From contig NC_079240.1 of the NCBI RefSeq assembly GCF_027921745.1, positions 682,001 to 746,000 on the forward strand: a DNA stretch of 64,000 nucleotides. Direction: 5' to 3'. A program made the position numbers and the translations under genes. This stretch comes from Schizosaccharomyces osmophilus (Eukaryota). Under the pieces are notes generated by a model, which saw only the letters and a list, made by a program, of their open reading frames with translations, searched no databases and was not told where the DNA came from. Position 1 is the stretch's first letter; every line of letters starts with the position of its first letter. Shown in pieces: positions 39,836 to 50,220 of the stretch.

Positions 39836-40016
39836 TTAATCCGTGCTTTCTGTTTTATTTACATCAAAACGAAAAGTATTTGTTGGTTTATTTCCAATCT
39901 AATTAATACCCCTCGAAAAATTCTTTTATACTCCCCCTTATCATCACTTTAACACTGTCGTGTTTTATTTTGTCTCAAGTTCTTGTTGTCCTTGCCCTTT
40001 AATTTTTGAATTAATT

Positions 40017-41585
40017 ATGAATTACCGTTCTCAACAATCTCAATTCCCCTTTGGTCAACCACTTCCTTCCTCGTTGGCTGAAGGGGCCTCTGCCTCTGAG
40101 GGCTCTGCCCCTCCTGTCGACTATCCTTCAGTATTTCCCTCTTCACATCTTTTTGATGACGCCCTTTTCCCCTTTGCTTCTCAGAAACCTTCTCATCCTT
40201 CCGAAAATGAAAAAAATGACTTTCATTTTGATCCCGAATTAATGATGAACCTTCTGTCGGACACCCCGTCCTCCCTCGCTTCCATAAGAAACGACAATTC
40301 CCAAAGATCTGCTTCGACAGCAATCCCTCCATCTAAACCCGCTTCCCTTCCAGCTTGGGCTTCTTATCCCAGTCTATCAGCTGCCTCTATGCAGCCCACC
40401 GCTCCTGGAAAGCCTCGTAAAAGTGCTTCCTATTATGATTCTCCATCTTGGAGCGGAAACTTTGGTATAGGTTCCCACATCGACAACGAAAATTTCTCCG
40501 TCCAAAACAGCTTACTATCGGAGCCCACGCCTCCATTCACTTTTGCTCCTACGCCGAGCTCTGCTTTCTTAGAAACTCCATTACATGGATCCTCAGACCT
40601 TGATTTTAGTTTGGGTGATAATCAAATGCCTCTCTTTCCGGCCTCTGATGGTGACTGTCAGCGCGCTTTCAGTTCCGTCTCCTACCTTAATGGCAATGAT
40701 TGCAAAATGCCAAATGCAGGTATTCAACCTCCTCAGAATAAAAGACCTGCATATGATTCTCCTCGCGATGTATCCGATTTGTATACACCCGGAAACGAAT
40801 GCAATGCCGCTCCTGATTACTTAGCGGCAATGTCTTCCATGGAGCCCTTCTTCTCCTATGAAGCTTTTGGTGGTGAAGCTCCAAAAAGCGGCGTGCCTCC
40901 AACACCTACCTCTTTTCCCCACGACCCTCTTGATGGAAATCCTTCCTTGTCTTCTCCAAGAAAGTCTGCTTTGACTGCCGGACTTGCCTGTTCAGCTCCG
41001 TCTAGGGCACCTATACCTGCTGCCAAGCTGGCTCGTGTCATCAAGCCGAAAAGAGCGCGTGAGCATATTTGCTTTAATTGTGGTGCTACTCAAACACCTT
41101 TATGGCGTAGAACTGCTGATAAGCATCATTATTTGTGTAATGCATGTGGTCTGTATACGAAGCAGTATGGAGTGATGAGACCATTGACTCCCAAAAACAA
41201 AAGTAGTCAAAAAGGTATTGAAAATTTGATGTGTGCCAACTGCAATGCTACAAAGACATCCTTGTGGCGTAAAAACCGCGTGGGACAAACGGTCTGTAAT
41301 GCTTGTGGTTTGTATGCTCGTCTCCATGGCCACGATCGTCCCTTGGGCTTGAAGAAGAATAAGCTTATACGCCGACGTCGTGGAAGGTTGTGTGATGAAA
41401 GTCCCTCTTCAGACTCTGTCAAGTCGGACGATTCTCCCGAGCTTTCTCAGTCAATCTCGTCCTCCGAGTTACAGGATTCAAAATTTTTGAAAGAGCCTAT
41501 GTCGTTGTTCCCTGAAAATATGATGGAGAGTATGCTGTTGCCTGTAAAAGCGGAACCAGATACATCGTTCTCGGCTTCCTTATAA
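40017..41585 (+). CDS. fil1: Double GATA zinc-finger transcription factor, amino-acid starvation regulator
   Basis: CFNC..TPLWRR..CNAC and CANC..TSLWRK..CNAC fingers, a uORF-bearing leader, and synteny. Confidence 0.88.
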   Translation: MNYRSQQSQFPFGQPLPSSLAEGASASEGSAPPVDYPSVFPSSHLFDDALFPFASQKPSHPSENEKNDFHFDPELMMNLLSDTPSSLASIRNDNSQRSASTAIPPSKPASLPAWASYPSLSAASMQPTAPGKPRKSASYYDSPSWSGNFGIGSHIDNENFSVQNSLLSEPTPPFTFAPTPSSAFLETPLHGSSDLDFSLGDNQMPLFPASDGDCQRAFSSVSYLNGNDCKMPNAGIQPPQNKRPAYDSPRDVSDLYTPGNECNAAPDYLAAMSSMEPFFSYEAFGGEAPKSGVPPTPTSFPHDPLDGNPSLSSPRKSALTAGLACSAPSRAPIPAAKLARVIKPKRAREHICFNCGATQTPLWRRTADKHHYLCNACGLYTKQYGVMRPLTPKNKSSQKGIENLMCANCNATKTSLWRKNRVGQTVCNACGLYARLHGHDRPLGLKKNKLIRRRRGRLCDESPSSDSVKSDDSPELSQSISSSELQDSKFLKEPMSLFPENMMESMLLPVKAEPDTSFSASL

Positions 41586-42464
41586 TAATCTTTTTCTTTT
41601 TTTTTAAAAAATTAAGTCGCGGTTGGTTTTTTTGGTGTTTGTTGTGTTTTATGGGATACACTTTACAAAAATTCGGAAAACTTTTTATGTATGCATAAGA
41701 GGATAAACTGTTTTAAAGCAGCTGTCAATTGACAGACATCCTCTATTGAATTGCTCTTATTCAACCTAAGGGCTTTGGTTATATATATATTTATATTGTG
41801 ATTTATTTAATTAGTAGTACATCTTATCTGCTTTTAAGACACTGCATACGAGACGAAAGAAAAATCTATATGAACTTTTTTGTATGCACTTGAAAGCTCA
41901 AAAAAATTTCCTTTTAGGTTACTATTGGTTTGGTTGCTTTTTTTGTCTCATCTAAAAGTTCCTTTATTCTTTGTTTTTTTTAGTTAATTAATGTTTTCCG
42001 AAATATATAATTCGAAATTATTCAAAAGACGTACGAACGGTAATAGTAATTATGAAGGTGCAAGGATGCGTGGGATGCCAGTGGTTGTGCAAAGTTTGCT
42101 AAGTAACTTGGAAAAGTAGTTAGCACTTATGAATGAATAATCTCTCTAATTTTATGTCTATATGGATGGACGGGTGGTTTATTTGCAGGTAAACGTATTA
42201 AACGATAAAAAATGTCTAGAGGTGATTAATATACTTAATACTACTCATATTGTCGTGTGTAAATAATGATGAAAATTATCAGCTGCTTATAATATATTGG
42301 ACGGAATGAAAAAATTTGTTTCTCATGTATTTTTCTTTCAATTACCAAAAGTGCTTGATGAAAGGGACTTTATTGAAGTTTAATTGGTGTGCAGAATGAT
42401 ATCTCTGAAAAAACAATGCTTTTATAATAAAATTTCCTTACAAGCGGTCAGTTATTCAAGATTA

Positions 42465-43487
42465 TTAATGAGTGAGTGCAAATTGTTTAGCACGTTCCCA
42501 GAGTTTTGTGGCAGTATCAATAAAAGTTTGTTTTTCGCTGTGATACTGCAACCCAAAGGATTTGGAATAAGAGTTGTCCACCTTAAAGTGTTTATCGTTG
42601 AAAGGAACGTCGGTAGGTTCGGAAATGACTTCCTTCAAATCAGGAAATTTTTGGCGAAGAATTTTGCAGACATCATTTGTGACAAGAGGACCCTGCGATA
42701 CAATCATACGATCATTACTTAACTCGGGTTTCTCCATTGCAATCACATGAGCATAAGCGATGTCACGAACATCGACATGTATGTTTTGGGTTGAAGGTTG
42801 AGACTTTGAGCCATTGATGAGACTCCATAAAAGGCGATCAGAAGTATTCAAAGATTCCATATTGCTCATGGGATGGATGGGAGGACCGACCACTAAAGCT
42901 GGGTTCACGGTGCACATATCGAAATGAGGTTGCTTTTCCTTGACAAAGTTACGAGCAGCTATTTCGGCAAACTTTTTCGAAGCGCAATAAGCAGAGAATC
43001 CATTCTTAGTTGTTAGAGCCTCCTCATAACTTATGGGATTCCAGTCTTTTTCAGTATATGTATAGCCAGTAAAGGGATGTTTATTGAAGTCGCAGATAGC
43101 AACAGTGGAAGAAGTAATGACCACACGTTTCACTTTTGGTTCGTTGCAAGAAGCTTCCAAAACACTGATTGTACCCTTATGAGCAGGATCCAAAAGTTGG
43201 GCTTTATTATCGGTTACACTTTCAAAAAAAAAGGGGGAAGCAACATGGCAAATGTAGTCACAATCTTTGACGACATCCTTAAACGCATTAGGCGCGATAA
43301 TGTCCTTCACAAGTACAAAGTCAACCTTGTCTTTGAGCTCCGGATTTAGACGTACGAGCTCTTCAGCTTTTTCCATGGAACGAACGGTACCCCGTACACG
43401 GTAACCATTTGTAATTAATGACACAGCAACATGAGCACCGATAAATCCTGTTACGCCGGTTACTAAAACAAGACTTTGATCGGACAT
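42465..43487 (-). CDS. Gre2/Ari1-like NADPH-dependent aldehyde (methylglyoxal/flavonol) reductase
   Basis: VTGVTGFIG Rossmann motif, HVASPF, TSS, catalytic YCASK and VDVRD. Confidence 0.92.
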   Translation of the reverse strand: MSDQSLVLVTGVTGFIGAHVAVSLITNGYRVRGTVRSMEKAEELVRLNPELKDKVDFVLVKDIIAPNAFKDVVKDCDYICHVASPFFFESVTDNKAQLLDPAHKGTISVLEASCNEPKVKRVVITSSTVAICDFNKHPFTGYTYTEKDWNPISYEEALTTKNGFSAYCASKKFAEIAARNFVKEKQPHFDMCTVNPALVVGPPIHPMSNMESLNTSDRLLWSLINGSKSQPSTQNIHVDVRDIAYAHVIAMEKPELSNDRMIVSQGPLVTNDVCKILRQKFPDLKEVISEPTDVPFNDKHFKVDNSYSKSFGLQYHSEKQTFIDTATKLWERAKQFALTH

Positions 43488-44714
43488 GATTTTTCCAATT
43501 TTACAAAGATGCAAAATCCACAAACTCAAAAATTTAAATAAAACAAGAAGTCGAACCGTCTTTTTAAAGGTTTTTCCCTAACGACGGACCCGGTTTAGTC
43601 TATACACGTTAAGACTGGGATAGCAAAGTCAAAATAATTAAAACCCAACAACTAGAATTTTAACTACAGTCAGACATTCCTTTCGTTATTAGTCATCCCG
43701 TGGCTTGGCCTGACGCAAACCGTTTGATGGTTTGGAGTAGAGTATTTCGGTATTCCTATGCGCTTAAAATTTTTTCTGTTTCTCTGAGCCTTATTATTTA
43801 CGTTCTCTCTCTTGCATCGAACTTGGGGGATTCCTAAGTTCCTCAATTAAAAAGATATAAGAGCATGCTACAACAAAAGATATTTTTCTGTTTATGTTTT
43901 TATTTAAAGGATCGCATCCAATATTATAAACAGCGTGTATGTGATGTAGTATTGGTGGTGTCAAGAGGAATTATTAATATTGCTCTAGTTGATTCCTATA
44001 TGATTATTCTATAGGTGTATTGTTTATATCAACATAAACAAAGAAACAATTGAATATTTTGCTGTCAAAACTCTTTGACAGCCCATCGGTTACTTTCGTT
44101 TTAGTGGGTTTTTTTTTTCATATTCAGATATTACATAAGTGATATTTGTACCCAGACAAAATATTCACTTTGCAAGGACTAGCTGGCAGAGCTAATCAAC
44201 AAAACTAAATCATAAAACATCTTTTTCGGTTGCTTTCATTATTTTCAATAAGCTCTAAGCAACACTTCATCATGAGGTTGTAAACAGACAACTTAAACTC
44301 TCAATGGTCAAGTGGTACTTATTACCGTTTGTAAGCAGCGATAATTCTAAGTAATAAAAGTTTATATTGGATTGAATTAAAATAAGATATTATTCCACTC
44401 TCAACAAGCTATTTATAATAAGATTCAAGGGAATACAAGGCTAACAACGGAGCATTGGACCCTGCGAAGGAAGGCATACAGTTATGAACACCCAAGATAT
44501 ATTTACAGTTATAAAAAAGTCTACAGCAAATGCTCTATCACTATACATTCACGAAACAAGTGATATATAGAATACCTCGGGTTTGAAGTAATGAAATCAT
44601 CATTAAAAGAGCGAAAAACAAAAAAGTGAAATGGTACAACGATCAAGACCAACTGATGATGTAAAACCTTAGAATCAAGAAAAGAATAAATATTTGTCTC
44701 CAAAAGGCTTAAGG

Positions 44715-45618
44715 CTAATCGTAATCTTCAGAGTCATCCACCTTGACCATGTTTCTTTCAAAAAGTTGACGACCGGTCAGTTTCTTCTCAAGAATTGCTT
44801 TTCTTACATTGTTATTAGACGTGGAATTTAATGCATTGCGAAGCCTTTCTTCATTCTCTCTTCGAATTTCTTCCTCTCTCCAAATATCAAATTCCTTCTT
44901 CCACTTCATAAACGATTCAGCGGTTACCGGGGTACCTTGGAATTTTTCATTTTCTAATTCAATCTCACGATTCTGGCGATCTTCAAGCTCTTTTTCTTCC
45001 TTCTCGCATTGTTGATAAAGAACGGTATTTACTTCTTCTTTTAGTATGGAGCAAAGCGAAAACACCATGGCCATGCCCAAGCATTCTTCCGCCTGAAGAT
45101 AATAGGTTAGCTCAATTGCAAAGACTAGAAAGCACTTCTCTGGCTTATTCAAAATTTTCTCGCTACTTACGTTTTGATGAACGACCTCTTGGAGATACTT
45201 CATTTGCTCTTCGCCAAGCCAACGATGAGGTGGACTAATGCGAATTTTTATTTCAGGGATTTCATTGGGATATTCATCGCTCAATGTCGCGATCAAAATG
45301 ACAGAAGCTGCAATGTTGGTTAGCAAGACAGGTATACCAACCTACGTTCTAAAAAGTATATTCATACGAGGATCTGAGCATTTAGATTCTTCCGAATCTA
45401 TTGTTTGAGTAATCTGGAATGTCCTTTCATCCAAACCTGTTTCGTTAGCTTCTTCACTTATCATGCAAAGCTCATAAATTTTTGCCTTTTCGGTTTTTGG
45501 TGTAAAATCGATCCTATCGGAGCAAATAGAATGATTTTTATATATTTTACTTACATTGAAATTCATCCGGATAAATGGACTCTAAAATTTCCTTTTCCTC
45601 TTCAATAGCTGAACTCAT
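44715..45618 (-). CDS. gir2: RWD-domain protein Gir2, with three introns
   Basis: EEEKEILESIYPDE, YPNEIP, LGMAMVF, KFQGTPVT..F.KW and LTGRQLFE. Confidence 0.9.
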
Positions 45619-46003
45619 TGCTAAGATGGGAAATTTTTGTTTCCTGTAGAGGTACCTTCTTGAGGTTTATGTCGTACTTCACTGTTAGCAACATGGAACA
45701 TAGAAATACTAGAATACATGTGGAGATAAATTAGTTTGAAATAAAAGTAGAAAGCTTCAATAGTTAAATCAAGAACCTGAAGTTATACCCATATTCATTT
45801 TGTGTCCAACGTAGCTTTAAACGAAAGATACTTGAAAAAGTATGTAAGAAGTAAACATTGCCAATCAAACCGTAAATTTCTTATTCTTTGTTGCTGCGAT
45901 AACCTTGAGGCTTTACAAGATGGTAACGCTTCTTTTGTTACAATGAAATTATTTCATTACACATGTACTGATGAAATATATTTTTTGAAAAACATTAAAC
46001 ACT

Positions 46004-46122
46004 GTCTACGGCCATACCTAGGCGAAAACACCAGTTCCCGTCCGATCACTGCAGTTAAGCGTCTGAGGGTCTCGTTAGTACTATGGTTGGAGACAACATG
46101 GGAATCCGGGATGCTGTAGGCT
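46004..46122 (+). rRNA. Dispersed 5S rRNA gene
   Basis: GTCTACGGCCATACCTAGGCG...TGCTGTAGGCT, 119 nt, near-identical to fission yeast 5S as I recall it. Followed by a T-rich terminator. Confidence 0.97.
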
Positions 46123-46567
46123 TTCTATTTTTTGATTTGTTCAACGTAGATTCGTGCTTGGAAATGCTTTTCTTAATTCCCTTCTTGTGAGACGTTACTC
46201 GACAAGTAACCGGGAACAAAAAAGGATTACGAATTGTGGATGTAGTGAAATTACAAATTTTTGATAAAAAACTCAACAATAATATAGTATTTATGCATTT
46301 CAATTAGTAGCTGCAGTAAGTCTTCCGTTTTCGATTTCTACTCATTGCCTTTGAGATGAGAAGTTAAATGCATGTCTTTTAATTGCGGTCATCAATTCAA
46401 ATTAATACAAGGTTGTTTCTTAGTTTCAAGCCATTTCCAACTGAAATTGAAATAGCCAAATAAAAAAGAATATAGATAATGGTTCATCAAAGCAATTCAT
46501 AACCGATTGCGATCTGCGTTAGCCGAAGAGTCTAAAAGACTAGAGAATAGAAGACAAATGAACGGAA

Positions 46568-47437
46568 CTAAAGTTGAGTACTAGGATTGCTCTGCAACTC
46601 TATTTCTTCATTCGTATCCGTCGGCGGAGGAGGAAGTGCATTGTCTCTTTGCTGATAGCTGGGAAGCGTAGGCGAACTCGTGTGCTCCGTTGAGCTTACA
46701 AAGTTTAAACCAAGACAGGCTAAAAGAGTGCAATACAATCCATAGCCAACACCGCATATTATGGTACCTAAACCGTACATCAAAATATCTACGACCATAC
46801 CAATGATTTTTCCAATAGCACTGTGAATAGCACTGTATATGTTTCCGATAGCACTGAATAGGAATGGAAGGATACAACCCATCAAGATGACCACATAAAG
46901 TAATCTTCTAACAGTCCCGAGAATAATTGAATGAAGACCTAATATTTTTGTTAGTAAACAATCAAATGTATCGATAAATTGGAAATGGTTGAACTCATAA
47001 AAAAAAGCAGCTACAAATACTATGAATATCACAACATGAATAATCAGAGGACCCAAGGGCCAATTGCCCCAATCTTTAAAGCCATCGACTAGAAAAGTAT
47101 ATGTTCGGAAGTAGTAAGATATCGCACAGACACACACCAAAGAGGGAATAATTGTAGATAACAATCGTTGCGATTTCTCCTTAACAACTACATTGTCGGG
47201 AAATTCCCGATTTAGGAATTGTGAAGCTTCACGTTTCCTTTCATCTAAAAAGGAATGAAAATCGCCAAGTTAATCCATAGCTATATCTTTCTTCTCTTTG
47301 GCTTGTAAAGAACCTGAATTGGGTGATTTATTTGTGTCCTGTTGTGTGTACAAAGGAAGTCCCTTCTCGAGATCAACATTGTAAACATTGACATGGCTGT
47401 ACGCAGGAGGATCGCTTAAATTATTATTCTTTGACAT
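46568..47437 (-). CDS. wtf-like multi-pass membrane protein of about 266 aa; exon 1 47437-47314, putative intron 47313-47245, exon 2 47244-46568 (alternatively a pseudogene with a premature TAA)
   Basis: Exon 1 reads MSKNNNLSDPPAYSHVNVYNVDLEKGLPLY. About 5 hydrophobic segments, an SAIGNIY-type repeat, and a C-terminal LPSY. Adjacent to 5S rDNA. The GTTCTT donor is weak, but the TTAAC branch and TTTTAG acceptor are good. Confidence 0.6.
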
Positions 47438-47707
47438 TCTTGTAAAATTTGAGCGAGTCTACCGCTTCAAGTGCAATAGACTAGAGCAATTGTGAGTTCT
47501 CCTGCTCGCAAGCTTCCCAAATATCGAATGAAAACACACCCAATTATAGTCCAATTTTATTATATCATTCCACCAAGTTAAAAGAAGCCCCAAAATTAAT
47601 CAAATTGGTAAAAGAAATGAAGAAAGAGGAAGTTTGCTCCTGCCAAGAAATTCGCATCGCTTACGGTGTTGGGTTGCAATGACAAGTAACACTTATGCAA
47701 TTTCTGG

Positions 47708-47732
47708 TTTGTTTACATTTTTATAAACAAAC
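47708..47732. promoter_or_regulatory. Forkhead/FLEX-type sites upstream of the wtf-like gene
   Basis: TTTGTTTAC (47708-47716) and an oppositely oriented ATAAACAAAC (47723-47732), about 270 bp upstream of the ATG. Confidence 0.5.
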
Positions 47733-48703
47733 CAAGTTTTCAGCAATTATACTAATTCATCTATTTTCAAATGGGTGAAAAGTCAATGGATAGTTTGTAA
47801 TTGTAAATCATTTTATATTCTTCAACTATTTAAACTACGTTATCACAAACCTCGCTAGCGAAGAAGAAAAGCATTAGCTATAGTTGATAATTGACAGACT
47901 TTGTGATTATTGAAAAATATCAATATTAATAAATAACCAAAACAAATTGCGCCCTTGTAAATGTAGATGTTATATGTCCAGCATATAAGAGAAGCTGAAA
48001 CCAATCCAATTGCTTGCTATAATAAAAACCGATAAACCAACCATGATGCTGCCCCTTGCTACTTAAAGAATAACTCGAAAAAGGGGCTATATGTCGTTAG
48101 CAATTCGCAAACAATAGAATATAATCAAGACAAGGTGTATTTCTTCTTAGACGAGAAACTTGTGAATGGTGACGAATTGCTTATTGGGAGTAATACCAGA
48201 AAAACAAGTCGATTCTACTTTTTCATTTAAAAAAAAAACTAAAGATACAATAGAAAAAGCTCAATTTGGGTGATACTAAAGGAGAAAAACTGCCTCAAAA
48301 CGCGATTCTTTCGCTTTCCTTGCGCAGCTGTTTGATCATAGTCAAGTCACAATTAACCAAGTAACACAAGTATTTTGTTTACACTTGAATAAACAAAAGA
48401 ACGTCCCATAATTTATGATGCTTTCTCTGTCAAAATTACATAGCACACATGCTTTGTCCTTGCTGACTTGCTACTTCAATTCATTACAATAGTAAAATAT
48501 GGACACCCTGTCCAACAACACACAAGTAAGCATTCTTTGAATTGAGATATACGATGAACGGACAAATTTCTGGGATAGAGGCGCTTCTTGAAACTCCAAA
48601 TATGAAAGAACGCGTTTCACAAAGGGTTTTCATCCATGTAGCACTTGGGTTACCCTTTCACTAATGTATCTATGAAAATAGCCTTGTCAAATAATCAATG
48701 ACT

Positions 48704-48774
48704 GCTTTGGTGGTTTAGTGGTATAATGCTTCGTTGCCATCGAAGCGACCCGGGTTCGATTCCCGGCCGAAGCA
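48704..48774 (+). tRNA. tRNA-Gly(GCC)
   Basis: GCTTTGG/CCGAAGC stem, TTGCCAT loop, GGTTCGATTCC, and a poly-T terminator. Confidence 0.97.
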
Positions 48775-49109
48775 ATCTTTTTTGTGCAACCCACACACAC
48801 ACACCATGTGTGGGTTACTCGTTTTCAGACTCTTTTGACGGCGCCAGGAGACAAAACAACGGACAAACAAAGTAATAGTAATGACACTATTTCAAAGTCG
48901 TAAAACGAAAGATATCTCCACAGTCGTCGAAAGCCACAGTATCTGAAATTGTTAGTCCAACGCTAACGTTTCGCTGTAAAAAGAAAAAAGGTGGAAACAT
49001 CCCATCCTCGTTCGTTATAAATACAACCAAATTTTGAAAACATAATTTATGAATATGAAACACAAAGTAGACCTATCATATACGGATGCCATCTTTCCTT
49101 GATAAAAGC

Positions 49110-49181
49110 GGCCGTTTGGTCTAGTGGTATGATACCATCTTAGGGTGATGGTGGTCCTGGGTTCGATTCCCAGAACAGCCC
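49110..49181 (+). tRNA. tRNA-Pro(AGG) with a C4:A69 acceptor-stem mismatch
   Basis: CCATC-TTAGGGT-GATGG anticodon arm, intact A and B boxes, acceptor GGCCGTT/AACAGCC. Confidence 0.92.
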
Positions 49182-49318
49182 ATTGTTTTTACTCTTCAAC
49201 ACACTCACAAGTGTGATAATATGTAAAAGCCAGCTGAGAAAAACCATTTACTCACACTTCATTCTAAAGTTACAGCATATTGCCATAAATTAGTTTATAG
49301 CTTTACTCATCACAGCAT

Positions 49319-49392
49319 GGTCGCATGATGTAGTTGGTTATCATGTCGATCTAATAAGTCGAATGTCGCCAGTTCGAGCCTGGCTGTGACCA
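49319..49392 (+). tRNA. tRNA-Ile(AAT)
   Basis: GGTCGCA/TGTGACC stem, CTAATAA loop, GTTCGAGCC, and a poly-T terminator. Confidence 0.96.
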
Positions 49393-50220
49393 TAGTTTTT
49401 TTCTATCTTTATATAAAGTATATATCATATTTTGGTGTATGTTTTTGAGTACCAAGCGAAATATCCTTTTAAAAAAATAAAAGGAAAAAAGGAAGAAAAG
49501 AAAAAAGATTAAACCTATTAAAAGAAAAACGGGTCGTTTTGAACCATGAATAAAGTGAAATCGAATTTCCTTTGATATTCCAAAAGCGTCCAATAATTTA
49601 TTAAATACGCTGGATCTGAGGAAATTCTTTTTTATAACTCTTTTTTCTTTTCATTCTTTTTATCCTTTTTTTATTGTCAATGTTTCCATGGCTCACACAC
49701 ACTAGTAGAAAAAAGGTATCGTAAGCGACTCGCTAAATAACAAGAAAAAAAAGCGTATAGTAGTAAATGAGACAATCCGAGACAATTGTGCTTCATTGAG
49801 ACATTTTCTTATGAGAGCATCAAAAATGCCTCAAATAGCGATTTTTGTTATTTATATAGTCTCCTTCCTTCATTTCTCTGTTTACCATTGACAAGTTTCT
49901 TCCTTTCAAACAAAAAAAAAAATCACAGCAACGTTGTTTAAAAACGAAAAGAGAACGGCGGCCAAAACGTAAACGTGTCTTGCGTTAATAAATTAAGCTG
50001 CTGTCAGGATTTATCAAAAAAATTTGTAAGAGTCAAAACGATTCACGAATTTTGATTTTATTTTTATTTACTCTCTCCGGTTTCATTCGAAAAGGGAGAA
50101 AAGGGAAGAAGGAGTTTTTCATTTTGCTCTCTTTTCTTTCACATCTAGCGATTTCCTTGCTTTCTATTATTTATTTCATCTTCATCGTTTGCTCTTTATA
50201 GTTTCATTTGTTTATTCCAC

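Noticed and set aside
45802..46303. ORFs 45802-46119 and 46055-46303
   Set aside because: Both overlap the 5S rRNA gene and AT-rich flank, so they are likely spurious.
49351..49593. 80-aa minus-strand ORF
   Set aside because: It is antisense to tRNA-Ile and an A-rich tract.
49600..50130. Cuf1 CuSE elements upstream of ctr4
   Set aside because: Several GCTG cores are present, but only one loosely fits the degenerate consensus (49604-49613), which is too weak to call.
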